A DNA stretch of 64,000 bases from an uncultured bacterium. Its GTDB lineage: Bacteria; Oederibacteriota; JAAXVQ01; JAUVAV01. The stretch's first letter is position 1. Each line of letters starts with the position of its first letter. The position numbers were made by a program, and so were the translations under genes. The stretch lies in NCBI GenBank assembly GCA_963710755.1, contig CAVQBK010000003.1, positions 821,211-885,210 on the forward strand, given 5' to 3'. Of the stretch, positions 1 to 10,275 are shown piece by piece. The notes under the pieces are model-generated. The model saw nothing but the letters and a program-made list of their open reading frames with translations, was not told the origin of the DNA and ran no database searches.

Positions 1-78
1 GGCCAGCTGGGCAATGAGGACAATTATGCCGGGGTCAAGGCCTTTTATCAAAAAGTAAAAAGCATGTTCGTTCATTAA
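1..78 (+). CDS. 3' end of an upstream gene (…GQLGNEDNYAGVKAFYQKVKSMFVH*), product unknown
   Basis: Open frame running from the window edge to a TAA at 76-78; too short to assign a family. Confidence 0.35.
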   Translation, partial: GQLGNEDNYAGVKAFYQKVKSMFVH

Positions 79-329
79 ATTACCGTGTAGCAAGCCACAA
101 CCATGCCCTCCTTTCACTTTGCCGGTGAAAGGTCCCAGGGTTCAGACATGGTGTTGTAACTTAAATAATGCCGAATAACCACCACCTCCTCATCGCTTGT
201 CCGAGGGCGAAGGCTATTGGTGTGGGAGTCCGTGCGTTGTGACACTGTCTCTAAGCCTAGAGGGAGTCAGGGCACGACCAAAGAGACAGCCTTCCCCGAG
301 GGTTCGAGGTAGGCAGAAGTTGAGGGTGC

Positions 330-1370
330 ATGAAGCTCCGTTATTTTTTACCGGTTATCCTGCCGGTGATGGTGATGATGAGTATGGCCGGATGCCAGCT
401 TGATCCGGAGACGAGGCAAAAAATAGCAGCCTTACAAGCTCAGCACCAGCGGCAGCTGCAAGGCATGACCCAGTTGCAAAATGACATAAAGCAACTGAGT
501 GATGACTCGCCCATTGTCTATGTGGACATGGTCGGTGACCAGGCACAGTTGTTTTTAACCGGCAAAGATGGTCAGCAGCGGCGGCAGCTGACATCGGTCC
601 CGGGCTACAAATGCAGGCCCAGCTGGTCGCTTGATCACCACCACATTGCCTTTTTTCATTACCAAAGTAACCGCCCTCTCGATGATTATGTTGATATTGC
701 GGTGATCGATGCCGACGGGTCCAACCTGCGTGAGGTTGTTAAAAACAAAAAAATCGACACCAAGAAAATCAGAATTAGCTGGCATCCCCAAGGGCATACC
801 CTCTATGTTCAGGAAAAAGATTTTCCGGCCATGCTCTTTGGTTATAGTGTTGAAACCGGGCAGCAGGTGGACACCGTGCGTCTGCCCAAGAATACGTTCA
901 TGACTGAAGTCCACACCCTCTCCCCCAACTTCGAGTTGTTGGCCGGTGAAGGGCCGTCCAAACAAGACGGTATCATGCACGTCGGCACCATCAGAAGAGA
1001 CGGCCAGAAGGAAACCGATCTCATGCGTCCCTTTATGAAGGTTTCCTATCATCTGGGTACAGTCGTGTGGTCTTACCACTCCGATCTGATAGCCTTTGAA
1101 CTGGACAACATTGTGATGGTCATGTCCAGCAGTTTCCGTCTCGATTTTAAAGCCTATGTCATCACCCCCCAGGATTTTGATGCCCAGATCTCTCAGCCGG
1201 CCATATCTCCCACGGGCAAGTATTTAGCGGCGGTCATGGAGCAAACCGAGGAAGGGCACCGCGGTTCGGGCGATACGGAAGTGATTTCCAACATCTGGGT
1301 GATGAATATCGACGGCACCAAACAGGTCCCCATCACCACCTCGGGCACCTGCTTTGACCCCCACTGGTAA
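330..1370 (+). CDS. Lipoprotein with TolB/PD40-like β-propeller repeats
   Basis: N-terminal signal peptide with a lipobox (…MSMAGC). Repeated '…DG.….T.….P.WS/…SP.GK.LA' segments typical of TolB-type WD40-like repeats. Confidence 0.55.
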   Translation: MKLRYFLPVILPVMVMMSMAGCQLDPETRQKIAALQAQHQRQLQGMTQLQNDIKQLSDDSPIVYVDMVGDQAQLFLTGKDGQQRRQLTSVPGYKCRPSWSLDHHHIAFFHYQSNRPLDDYVDIAVIDADGSNLREVVKNKKIDTKKIRISWHPQGHTLYVQEKDFPAMLFGYSVETGQQVDTVRLPKNTFMTEVHTLSPNFELLAGEGPSKQDGIMHVGTIRRDGQKETDLMRPFMKVSYHLGTVVWSYHSDLIAFELDNIVMVMSSSFRLDFKAYVITPQDFDAQISQPAISPTGKYLAAVMEQTEEGHRGSGDTEVISNIWVMNIDGTKQVPITTSGTCFDPHW

Positions 1371-1372
1371 CT

Positions 1373-2131
1373 ATGGGCGCTCCACGATTTATCCTTGATC
1401 ACCTGAATTGGCCAGCCAACCAAGTTTTTCTGAAAGGCGATGATCTCGCTCACTGTCGCAGTCTGCGTTTAAAACCCAAAGACAAAGTGTTGATTGGAGA
1501 CGGTCATGGCCGGGCCTTTCATGGGGAGTTGATCCATCTTGATGCTCAACAGGCTACAGTACAGTTGGGCCAGGAATATCATCCCCATACTGAATCTCCT
1601 TTGAACCTTACCCTCTATCAAGGGCTGACCAAAGGCAGCAAACTGGAACTGATCATTCAAAAAACCACGGAACTGGGTGTTAGCCGGGTGGTGCCTGTGA
1701 TCAGTGCCTTTTCCCAAGTTAAAATTCATCAGGAAAGGGAGCATAAACAGCATCGCTACGTGGAGATTGCCCGCCAGGCTTGCCAACAATCAGGACGGCT
1801 TAAAATTCCCGAAGTCAGCACGCCTGTGACCATGGCCGAAGCCCTGCAGCAGGGCCAGGGCCAGGACCTGGTGCTGCTGTTTCACCAGGAGCCGGACCTG
1901 CGAAGCCTGACATGGACCAGCCTGCGCCACACGTATGGCCAGGCACAAACCATTAGTCTCTTTGTGGGACCGGAAGGCGGTTTTAGCCATGACGAAGTAA
2001 CCCAGGCCCAGGAGCAGGGCGTGCATATCATTACCTTGGGACCGCGCATCTTAAGGGCGGAAACCGCCGGTATGGTGGTCGTGGCCTTGGCCCAGGAGAC
2101 GTGGGGTGATTTGGGCGGACCATTGGGTTAA
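1373..2131 (+). CDS. rsmE: 16S rRNA (uracil1498-N3)-methyltransferase RsmE
   Basis: C-terminal 'GPEGGFS…E…LGPRILRAETAG' motif and ~250 aa length are characteristic of RsmE. Confidence 0.8.
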   Translation: MGAPRFILDHLNWPANQVFLKGDDLAHCRSLRLKPKDKVLIGDGHGRAFHGELIHLDAQQATVQLGQEYHPHTESPLNLTLYQGLTKGSKLELIIQKTTELGVSRVVPVISAFSQVKIHQEREHKQHRYVEIARQACQQSGRLKIPEVSTPVTMAEALQQGQGQDLVLLFHQEPDLRSLTWTSLRHTYGQAQTISLFVGPEGGFSHDEVTQAQEQGVHIITLGPRILRAETAGMVVVALAQETWGDLGGPLG

Positions 2132-2357
2132 TACGTCCTGGCGAATTCCACGCATTTCAATGGGGCCCCTAGGGAAAATAAAAATAATGAACTACTTCCT
2201 CTTGTGTCAAAAGACCCTGTAATTCATTGCGGGAGCTTAACGGGTGTTAAAGACGGGCCTGGCTTATGGGGTTCTATTGCAGCCAATAAACTTTGCCTAG
2301 CCCTGATCACAGGTCTTGTGGTAAATTTAGGCATCTTCTCAAGAAAGGAAAGACCCT

Positions 2358-3233
2358 ATGCGTCCATCATCTTTTGCCATTAAAGGTACCACCCGCTTGG
2401 CTGGGGTGATCGGCTGGCCGATCCATCATTCCTTGTCCCCGGTGATGCAAAATGCAGGCTTTCGGCATTTGGGCTTGGATGTGGTTTATGTGCCGATGGG
2501 TGTGCCGCCCCAAGGATTAAAGGACCTGCTTCGCAGTTTGAAAGCTTTGAATTGTATGGGGGTGAATGTTACCATTCCCTATAAGGAAAAGGTGATTACT
2601 CTTTTGGATGAGCTCGATGAAACTGCGGCTCGGATTGGCGCTGTCAACACCATCGTCTTTGAAGACAACCGCACCAAGGGATACAATACCGATGCCTCGG
2701 GATTCGTCACAGCTGTTCAGAAACGCATTAAGATTAAAGGGAAAAATGCCGTTCTTCTAGGTGGAGGGGGGGCCGGCCGGGCCGTGGCCATGAGCCTGGT
2801 CCTCCACGGCGCAAGCCATCTGACGGTTGCAGAACTGGAGTCGAAAAAGCGCAGACGACTGCACCGGGATATAATGACCCTCAACACCGGGGTGGAGCTC
2901 CAAACCCTGGCACCTGAGTCGGCAGGTTTGCAAACGGCTTTGACTCAGGCCGACTTAATAGTCAATGCCACACCTTTGGGATTAAGACCGTCCGATCCGT
3001 TGCCTCTGCCCAAGGCGTGGATACCGAACCACCGTTGTGTCATGGATTTGGCCTACGGGAGAGGCCTGACCAAGTTATTGACGCTGGCCCGGCAAAAACG
3101 CAATACTATCATTCCCGGCTGGGAAATGTTGCTTTACCAGGGAACAAAAGCTTTTACTTTATGGAGCAAGCGGCCGGCACCCATTGACGTGATGGCTCGG
3201 GCCCTGACCCAAGCCGCTGGTATCAAGCGGTAG
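2358..3233 (+). CDS. aroE: Shikimate dehydrogenase AroE
   Basis: N-terminal 'GVIGWPIHHSLSPVMQNAGF…LGLDVVYVP' substrate-binding motif and glycine-rich NADP loop 'LLGGGGAGRAVA'. An AGGAAAG ribosome-binding site precedes the start. Confidence 0.85.
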   Translation: MRPSSFAIKGTTRLAGVIGWPIHHSLSPVMQNAGFRHLGLDVVYVPMGVPPQGLKDLLRSLKALNCMGVNVTIPYKEKVITLLDELDETAARIGAVNTIVFEDNRTKGYNTDASGFVTAVQKRIKIKGKNAVLLGGGGAGRAVAMSLVLHGASHLTVAELESKKRRRLHRDIMTLNTGVELQTLAPESAGLQTALTQADLIVNATPLGLRPSDPLPLPKAWIPNHRCVMDLAYGRGLTKLLTLARQKRNTIIPGWEMLLYQGTKAFTLWSKRPAPIDVMARALTQAAGIKR

Positions 3234-3266
3234 CCCGCGGCAATGGTCAACTGAGAGGAGTTACCC

Positions 3267-4334
3267 ATGATCGCGTCCATTGATATTTTGGTCAAAAAGA
3301 TGTTTGAAAAGCAGGCTTCCGATCTGCATATGACGGCCAACGCTGTGCCCATGATGCGCATTGACGGCGATGTGGTGCCTGCTGACGAGGAACCGTTGCG
3401 ACCGGAGCGTTGTCTGGCTCTGGCCTACAGTGTATTAACCGATGAGCAAAAAGAAAAGTTCGAACATGAGCATGAACTCAATCTTTCCTTTGGCATCAGC
3501 AATGTCGGCCGCGTCAGAATGAGCATGTTCAAACAACGGGGCAGCGTGGCCGCAACCTTGCGTTCTGTTCCCAATGAAGTTGAGTCTTTTGAAGCGCTCG
3601 GCCTGCCGCCAATTGTGGCTGACATTGTACAGCTGCCCAAGGGCCTGTTGCTGGTCACCGGCCCTACGGGATCAGGAAAATCCACCACCATTACCTCCAT
3701 GCTCGATTGGATCAACCGCAATAAGGCTCTTCATATCATGACCTTGGAAGAACCCATTGAATATATTCATTCCAATCAGAAAGCCATTATCAACCAACGG
3801 GAAGTAGGCACGGACACCTCCAGTGATGCTCAAACCCTGCGTCAGGTCATGCGCTGCGATCCGGACGTGGTCATGATGAGCGATCTCCATAGTATTGAGA
3901 CCATTCAGGCGGCCTTGACCTTGGCGGAGACCGGGCATTTGGTGATCGCGGCTATGAACACCACCGATTCCGTGCAGGCCATTTACCGGGTTATTGACAC
4001 CTTTCCACCCCATCAGCAGTTCCGGGCCCGTATGCAATTGTCCATTGCCTTGCAGACGGTTTTGGTACAGCAATTGTTGCCCAAGGGCTATTCCTCCGGC
4101 CGTGTCCTGGCTTCGGAAATTCTTATTCCCACTTCTGCGGTCAGAGGGCTGATTCGGGAAGGCAAGGAATATCAAATTTATCAGTTAATGCAGACCGGAG
4201 GCGAATACGGTATGCAAACCATGAACCAATCACTATTTGATCTTTATCAAAAACAGTTGGTGACCTATAATGAAATTTTTGCACGGACCACGGATCCCCG
4301 TGATCTGCAGCAATTGGTTAAAGGAACCCTTTAG
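3267..4334 (+). CDS. pilT: Type IV pilus retraction ATPase PilT (twitching motility)
   Basis: Walker A 'GPTGSGKSTT', Asp box, His box and a PilT-like N-terminus 'IDILVKKMFEKQASDLHM'. A GAGGAG ribosome-binding site precedes the start. Confidence 0.9.
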   Translation: MIASIDILVKKMFEKQASDLHMTANAVPMMRIDGDVVPADEEPLRPERCLALAYSVLTDEQKEKFEHEHELNLSFGISNVGRVRMSMFKQRGSVAATLRSVPNEVESFEALGLPPIVADIVQLPKGLLLVTGPTGSGKSTTITSMLDWINRNKALHIMTLEEPIEYIHSNQKAIINQREVGTDTSSDAQTLRQVMRCDPDVVMMSDLHSIETIQAALTLAETGHLVIAAMNTTDSVQAIYRVIDTFPPHQQFRARMQLSIALQTVLVQQLLPKGYSSGRVLASEILIPTSAVRGLIREGKEYQIYQLMQTGGEYGMQTMNQSLFDLYQKQLVTYNEIFARTTDPRDLQQLVKGTL

Positions 4335-4349
4335 TTTGGGAGGCAGTGC

Positions 4350-4832
4350 ATGGGCAGACGGCATTTTTCGGAAGCGGGTTTTACCTATATTGAGATCGTC
4401 ATTCTGGTGGCCGTGCTGGGGATTGTGGCAGCCTTGCTGTTTCCCTATGTGAAAACCCTGCAGGAAAAAGGCAGGGAAGCTGCCACCAAGGCCAATATCA
4501 GTGCCATTAAATCAGCCATCTCCATCTACTACGGGGATCATGAAGGCGTATGGCCAAGTACGCTTGATGTTAATGATAAAACGCCTGGTTTTGGCTTTGG
4601 AGACTACCTGCCCAGCATGCCCAAAGTGAAGGTTACTTATCCACCGGATGATAAATTGAATCCCTCCGGCAACGAAGTGGCTTATAAGACCTTTCAAGCC
4701 GATCCCAGCCTGGAAAAACCCAATGTCTTTGGCAAAGGCTGGCGCTATGAAAAAGAAACCGGACGCATCTGGGTCAACAGCACGCTTCTGGACAGCGATG
4801 GCATGCCTTATTCCAGCTATGGCTATCAATAA
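4350..4832 (+). CDS. Type IV pilin / prepilin-type N-terminal cleavage-methylation domain protein
   Basis: 'AGFTYIEIVILVAVLGIVAALLFP' matches the prepilin peptidase motif (G|FT..E) followed by a hydrophobic helix. 160 aa. GGGAGG ribosome-binding site. Lies immediately downstream of pilT. Confidence 0.75.
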   Translation: MGRRHFSEAGFTYIEIVILVAVLGIVAALLFPYVKTLQEKGREAATKANISAIKSAISIYYGDHEGVWPSTLDVNDKTPGFGFGDYLPSMPKVKVTYPPDDKLNPSGNEVAYKTFQADPSLEKPNVFGKGWRYEKETGRIWVNSTLLDSDGMPYSSYGYQ

Positions 4833-4893
4833 ACCACGGCGCAGTGTTTGTTATTCACCAGGTCCGGGATGAATTGCAGCAGGCCTTTTGTTC

Positions 4894-4922
4894 TTGATTT
4901 TTACAGGCATGACCCTTATAAT
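4894..4922 (+). promoter_or_regulatory. Putative sigma-A-type promoter (TTGATT-N17-TATAAT) for the pilMNOPQ operon
   Basis: -35 TTGATT at 4894-4899, an exact 17-nt spacer, -10 TATAAT at 4917-4922. Located in the AT-rich gap between the pilin gene and pilM. Confidence 0.5.
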
Positions 4923-5114
4923 CCAGCAAAAGACGTGTCAATAGAATTTTTATTAAGATTGCCAAAAAACTTTAAAAATAATTCGAAAATTTTTCATCTT
5001 TCGGGAGATCTACGCGATTGCGGGAATAAAGCTTAGACCATTACCAGCACAGGGCCGTTTTGCTTTCCTGTGAACATCAAGCGCGTCATCGTAACCAACG
5101 AGTCCCACGGAGGC

Positions 5115-6227
5115 ATGCGGGTGCTAGACTTTTTGAAAAACCGCAGTTTAATTGGTCTGGATATTGGCAATCACATGATCAAGGCTGTCCAAATGAAACG
5201 GAAAGGCGATGCGCTTCGTTTGGTAAGTCTGGCCGTGGCGGAAGTCCCTCCTGAAGTCCAGGAAGAAGCCGATCCCTATCTTAAAAATGACCTGCTCTCC
5301 GCCTGCATAAAACAGTTGATGAAAGACAATGATATTAAAGGCACCCAGGTGGTTTCGGCCATTGCCGGAGACGCGGTTATTGTCCGCTACGTCAAACTGC
5401 CTTATATGAGCGAAGACGAACTTAAAAATGTCATCTCCTATGAAGCCGAACAATATATACCCCTGGCCATAGACCAAGTGGTGCTGGATTTTGAAGTGCT
5501 GGGCGAACTGGAAGAGGATGGCCAGCGTAAAATTGAAGTACTGCTGGTGGCCGCCAAAGAAGAAATTATAGAACAACACATGGCCCTTTTAAAACAAACC
5601 GGTCTAGCGCCTGCGGTCATTGACGTGGATTCCTTTGCCCTGCAAAATTGTCATGAATACAATTACGACGTGGTGGCCGGGGAGACGATCGCCTTGATCA
5701 ATATCGGCGCCAAGCTGACCACCATCAATATTCTGGAGGGCGGCATTACCCACCTTACCCGGGATGTAGCCGTGGCAGGCAACAATTTCACGCGCGAAAT
5801 CCAGCGTGAATTCGATCTGTCCTTTCCGGAAGCGGAAAAAATGAAAAAGGACGAAGGGGAAGTACTGATTGAATCGGAAGACATTATGCAAATGGAAATT
5901 CCTAAAAAGGATGATAAAGCCACTAAAATAGGAGATTCCTTCACGCCTGTGCTCAACAAATTGGTGGCCGAGATACAGCGTTCCTTTGATTACTATGAAA
6001 GTTCCATCAAGAAAAGCCCGGTCACCAGGATTATTCTTTCCGGAGGAACATCGCAGCTTAAAAATTTGGATAAATACCTGGCTGAGAAGCTGGACGTGGC
6101 GGTGGAACTAAACAATCCTTTTAAACATATTCAGATACCGGAGAAAGAGTTCGACTTGGAGTATATCGCCGCCAATGCCCAATTGTTTAATATTGGCGTG
6201 GGCCTGGCCCTGCGTCAGATGGAGTAA
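5115..6227 (+). CDS. pilM: Type IV pilus assembly protein PilM (actin-like ATPase)
   Basis: 'LIGLDIGNHMIKAVQM' N-terminal actin fold and ~370 aa length. The ORF extends upstream to a GTG at 5070, but the ATG at 5115 gives the canonical ~13-residue N-terminus before LGLDIG. The start is uncertain. Confidence 0.8.
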   Translation: MRVLDFLKNRSLIGLDIGNHMIKAVQMKRKGDALRLVSLAVAEVPPEVQEEADPYLKNDLLSACIKQLMKDNDIKGTQVVSAIAGDAVIVRYVKLPYMSEDELKNVISYEAEQYIPLAIDQVVLDFEVLGELEEDGQRKIEVLLVAAKEEIIEQHMALLKQTGLAPAVIDVDSFALQNCHEYNYDVVAGETIALINIGAKLTTINILEGGITHLTRDVAVAGNNFTREIQREFDLSFPEAEKMKKDEGEVLIESEDIMQMEIPKKDDKATKIGDSFTPVLNKLVAEIQRSFDYYESSIKKSPVTRIILSGGTSQLKNLDKYLAEKLDVAVELNNPFKHIQIPEKEFDLEYIAANAQLFNIGVGLALRQME

Positions 6228-6230
6228 CTT

Positions 6231-6815
6231 GTGGTTAAAATTAACCTCCTGCCGCTCAAGGTTAAAAAATCCAATGTCGCCCTCAAACTGTATACTTATG
6301 TGGTGATGGGTGCGGCCTTGCTGGGTCTGTTGCTGGTGCTAGCGTTGCTCAATCTGGTGGCGCAGACCAGGCATGCCGAAAGTCAGCTTAAAGTCATAGA
6401 GGCCAAACGCCAGGCCATCGCAGATCAGATCAAACCCATCAGGACTCTTCTGGACCAGGAAAAAGAAGTGATGAATACAAAAAAAATGATTTATAACCTC
6501 TCGCTCAATCAGGGGCTGTGGATCATTGTCTTGGACCGCCTGGCCGCCCAGGTGCCCCCGGACGTATGGCTCAGCAGTCTAAGCGCCACCCCCGGCGCCC
6601 AGGATCAGGGATTGCAGATCAATATCGAAGGTTCCGCCTATCATAAAATTTCAGTGGCCGATTTTTTAGCTAATCTGGAAAAGACCGATATTTTTACTAA
6701 TGTTAAATTGGAAGGCCTGAGCGATAAAAGCGAGACGACCCTGAAATCAGTACAATTTAAAGTCAGCATGAGTTACAGCGGCTACCTCACCGCGGGTGTC
6801 GGAGGCAAGCAATGA
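6231..6815 (+). CDS. pilN: Type IV pilus assembly protein PilN
   Basis: GTG start, 'VKINLLP' N-terminus, one transmembrane helix followed by a coiled coil. Sits immediately after pilM. Confidence 0.8.
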   Translation: MVKINLLPLKVKKSNVALKLYTYVVMGAALLGLLLVLALLNLVAQTRHAESQLKVIEAKRQAIADQIKPIRTLLDQEKEVMNTKKMIYNLSLNQGLWIIVLDRLAAQVPPDVWLSSLSATPGAQDQGLQINIEGSAYHKISVADFLANLEKTDIFTNVKLEGLSDKSETTLKSVQFKVSMSYSGYLTAGVGGKQ

Positions 6816-7348
6816 ACCGGCAATGGCTCATGTATGGTGTGACCGGTCTGGCGACATTGGTGATTCTGGTGGCTTATGTCTGGTTTGGGTACGCACCGCT
6901 GGCGCGGCAACTAGGCCAAGCCAAACAGCGTTTGGTCGCGGCGGATAAGGCCTATCAGGAAGAGGAAAGCTTGGTGGCCAGGAGCGATGAATTCAGCGAA
7001 CGTGCGTCCAAGCTAAGGATGGAAAAAGAACGGCTGGCCGAGCAAATGCCGTCGACTGTACAAATGTCGGCTTTGTTAAAATCCATTACCCTTGCGGCCA
7101 CAGCCTGCCGGTTTAAAGACATTAAGTTGACGCCCCTGGCTCAGGAAGAAAAAGAAGGCTATGCGATTCAACCCATTAAACTTTCCGCCACCTGCCGCTA
7201 CCATGCTTTAGGTGAATTCATCAGCGAGATCACCGATCTCTCCCGGGTGATCAATCCTCAGGTCCTGGAGATTAAAAGTAAGGACAGCACAGGACGGGGT
7301 GACTCTATTACCGCTACATTAATGTTGGTGACTTATGTTAAACGCTAA
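6812..7348 (+). CDS. pilO: Type IV pilus assembly protein PilO
   Basis: ATGA overlap with pilN. Single N-terminal transmembrane helix plus coiled coil. Position is between pilN and pilP. Confidence 0.7.
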   Translation: MNRQWLMYGVTGLATLVILVAYVWFGYAPLARQLGQAKQRLVAADKAYQEEESLVARSDEFSERASKLRMEKERLAEQMPSTVQMSALLKSITLAATACRFKDIKLTPLAQEEKEGYAIQPIKLSATCRYHALGEFISEITDLSRVINPQVLEIKSKDSTGRGDSITATLMLVTYVKR

Positions 7349-7769
7349 TCGTCGATTCGGGTTCATGGCCGGGCTGCTGCTGGGGGGACTGCTTGCGGTT
7401 ATGGCGGCCAATCTTGTACAGGCTGAAACAGATGGCCAAAGCCTGTTGCTACGGCAACGGCCAAAAATAACTTATCATGGCGAGCATCTGCGGGATCCTT
7501 TTGTACAACCGGGCGGGTCGCAGGAGCAGCCTGCTACCAATCAGGTGGCCATTGCCTCACTAAAGCTGACCGGTATCATTCGAAATCCCACCAGTGCCAC
7601 CGCGCTGTTTACCACCCAAACCGGGCCGGGGTTTGGTTATCTTTTAAAAGACGGTAAACTTTACGCTGAAAATCATCACTTGGTCACGGGCGTTACGGGA
7701 CATATTTTAAATCCTAAAGAAGTCCTTTTAAGACAGGATGGACGGGAAATTGTTTTTAAGTTAAGATGA
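7335..7769 (+). CDS. pilP: PilP-like pilus assembly protein (signal peptide)
   Basis: Overlaps the end of pilO. Has an N-terminal signal peptide and lies just upstream of the secretin gene. The call rests on synteny and size; the sequence motif is weak. Confidence 0.45.
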   Translation: MLNANRRFGFMAGLLLGGLLAVMAANLVQAETDGQSLLLRQRPKITYHGEHLRDPFVQPGGSQEQPATNQVAIASLKLTGIIRNPTSATALFTTQTGPGFGYLLKDGKLYAENHHLVTGVTGHILNPKEVLLRQDGREIVFKLR

Positions 7770-7871
7770 GTCTTGCTGTGCATTAGGTCCACAATACCGC
7801 GTGGCGGCCACGGGGGGACAGCTTTCCCTTCCCCATTTTTGTGAGGGTATCTCCCAAGAGGAGAGGACATT

Positions 7872-10196
7872 TTGATGATGGGGGAACCTAATTGCTTAGG
7901 GCACCTTGGATGGACCAAGGAAATGAGCTCGGAGAGGAGTGCAACCTCAGTGCAAAATCAACACTTATACTCTGATCAATCCCGGCGTTTCCTGATAACC
8001 ATGCTCCTGGGCGTCATATTGGGGAGCGGCGCTTTGGCTATAGTCAGTCAAGCGCACGCGGAAGAAACTGCAGACGGCGTGGGCTACGCCGCCGAAGATA
8101 GGGCCCGTCTGCTTGGCAGCACCCAAGACCAGTGGACTGCGCGTTTGTTGGATGTGCGCGTAGATCAGCATAATGGCCAGCCGGTGGTTAAACTTAAGAC
8201 CACGGCCCGCGTGGCCAGCGCTATTAGTTATCTGAAAAACCCCGATCGTTTATTGATGAAGGTGCGTCATACCCTCTTGACCTGGAAACCGACTACCTTG
8301 CTGGTCCGCCATCCTCCGCTGGAGCGCATTCGCGCTGCCCAGCACGACGACGATGTCTGGGTGGTGCTGGACATGACCCGGCCGGCACGATGGCATCGGC
8401 AGACCCAGGCCTATGGCTTGGTGTTAACTTTGGGACCGCAAGCAACCGGCCCCGCTCTGGACACAACCCGTCCTACAAACCAGACATTGAGAGGAAAAAC
8501 CGTCCGCGCCGGGCAAGCGCAAGTTCGTTATCAGGTGGTGGATGTGGGCGTCGACAATTTGGGCGATAAGACCAAATTGATCATCACCACTGATGGTCAG
8601 GCGCGTTACAAAGTAGAACGCCGGAAAAATGGCCAGGAAGTGGTAGTGACCCTGGTAGAAGCAGCCCTGGCCTGGCATGGCCGGATCAGTGGTCTACCTG
8701 CAGGGGCTATCCGCACCCTGCATACCCAGGCGCAGCCTAAAAATGGCATGGTGACCGTGGCCGTGGGTCTTACCCAGCCGGCCACCTATGTGGTTTACAA
8801 GGATCAAAACCAAGTTGTGCTCGAATTCAACAATCCCCAGGCTATTGCCCAGGAAGCACCACGGCAAGGCAACCTGAGGGCGTTGATCTCCGTGGATCTG
8901 GAAAACGCGCCTTTGGTCTCAGTACTGCGCGCCCTGGCCCAGGAAGTAAAGTTTGACTTGATCCTCTCTCCCGGTGTGCAACAGGTGAGCCGGGAGGAGT
9001 CGGCTCTTACTTTAAGTATTAACCAACAACCCTTTGAACAAGTACTGGATTTCATTTTGCGTCCCCGCAAGATGGCTTTTGCCGTCAACAACAATACCCT
9101 GCGCATTGGGCTGGCAGGTGAATTCATGCCTGAGACTAAAATTTTTGTTCTCAAAAATATGGACGTCGCCAATGCCAACATTAAAGAATCCATTGAAACC
9201 GCTTTCACGGAAGGGGCCCGCGACAAAGTAGTGGTGGATAGCTATGGCAATCGCGTCATTGTATCCGCCATTCCCAGCGACCTGGTTCGGATCAGCAAGA
9301 TCATCGGTCATATGGACGTGCAACGTCGGTTGGTGTCGCAAACCTTCCTGCTCAATTACGTGGATGCTGCCAAGATCGCACCGTTGCTTAAATCCCAATT
9401 GTCTTCTCTGGGGGCAGTCAAGGAAAACAAGTCGGAAAATGCCTTGGTAGTCACCGATATTCCCGGCAACATGGAAAGCTTGAGGCGCATCATCCGGAAC
9501 TTGGATACCAAGGCGCAACAGGTCATGATTGAAGCACGTATTGTGGAGGTATCACACACCAACCAGCTCGACCTGGGGGTTGATTGGAACGTGGCCAGTG
9601 CAGCCGGTGCCAATCCCAACTATACCGTAGCGTCTTCCCCTCAGCCGGTGGGGCAGGTGGGCAGCTTAACCATCGGGTCGCTGCAGTCAGGGGTGGATTT
9701 GAACGCCACCCTCTCGGCTATGGAAACCAAAGGCATGGTCAACACCATTTCCAATCCCAGGATCGCCACTATTAACAAGGAAGAAGCCACCTTGAAAGCT
9801 AGTCAAAGTATTCCATACATTACCAGCGTGGTGAGCAATGGAGTTGTGAGCCAGATGGTGGACTATCTGGAATTGCCCATTGTCCTCAAGGTTACGCCCC
9901 AAGTCACCAAAGGCAATCAAGTGCTGCTCAATCCTCTGAGCCTGACTGTGACCACGCCTGTGGGCACGGGCAATCCGCCCACTACCACCACCCGGTCAGC
10001 CAGCACCCAGATGCTGGTCCACGACGGGCAAACCATTGCCATCGGGGGCATGGTCAGAGATGATGAAATCACCACCGAGTCCAAGGTACCACTCCTGGGG
10101 GATCTGCCGGTATTGGGCTTTTTATTCAAAAGCAATGTGACCAAGAAAAATAAGGTGGAATTGGTGGTGTTTTTAACCACCCATATTTTGGAATAA
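7872..10196 (+). CDS. pilQ: Type IV pilus secretin PilQ
   Basis: C-terminal secretin signature '…VPLLGDLPVLGFLFKSNVTKKNKVELVVFLTTHIL' with upstream secretin N domains. A strong GAGGAGAGGA ribosome-binding site precedes 7872, but the Sec-like hydrophobic segment 'MLLGVILGSGALAIVSQAHA' starts at residue 44. Alternative starts are 7923 and 8001. Confidence 0.9.
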   Translation: MMMGEPNCLGHLGWTKEMSSERSATSVQNQHLYSDQSRRFLITMLLGVILGSGALAIVSQAHAEETADGVGYAAEDRARLLGSTQDQWTARLLDVRVDQHNGQPVVKLKTTARVASAISYLKNPDRLLMKVRHTLLTWKPTTLLVRHPPLERIRAAQHDDDVWVVLDMTRPARWHRQTQAYGLVLTLGPQATGPALDTTRPTNQTLRGKTVRAGQAQVRYQVVDVGVDNLGDKTKLIITTDGQARYKVERRKNGQEVVVTLVEAALAWHGRISGLPAGAIRTLHTQAQPKNGMVTVAVGLTQPATYVVYKDQNQVVLEFNNPQAIAQEAPRQGNLRALISVDLENAPLVSVLRALAQEVKFDLILSPGVQQVSREESALTLSINQQPFEQVLDFILRPRKMAFAVNNNTLRIGLAGEFMPETKIFVLKNMDVANANIKESIETAFTEGARDKVVVDSYGNRVIVSAIPSDLVRISKIIGHMDVQRRLVSQTFLLNYVDAAKIAPLLKSQLSSLGAVKENKSENALVVTDIPGNMESLRRIIRNLDTKAQQVMIEARIVEVSHTNQLDLGVDWNVASAAGANPNYTVASSPQPVGQVGSLTIGSLQSGVDLNATLSAMETKGMVNTISNPRIATINKEEATLKASQSIPYITSVVSNGVVSQMVDYLELPIVLKVTPQVTKGNQVLLNPLSLTVTTPVGTGNPPTTTTRSASTQMLVHDGQTIAIGGMVRDDEITTESKVPLLGDLPVLGFLFKSNVTKKNKVELVVFLTTHILE

Positions 10197-10275
10197 CCCT
10201 CCGTCGGCATCTGCTGCCCGGAACAGTCCTGGCGTCAGTGCAGGCCGAGCCCGACATGCGCTGGAGCCGATGGGA

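Noticed and set aside
197-403. 68-aa + strand ORF upstream of the lipoprotein gene
   Set aside because: It overlaps the lipoprotein start in another frame. It is rich in Arg, Gly and Pro with no ribosome-binding site. It is likely non-coding 5' leader.
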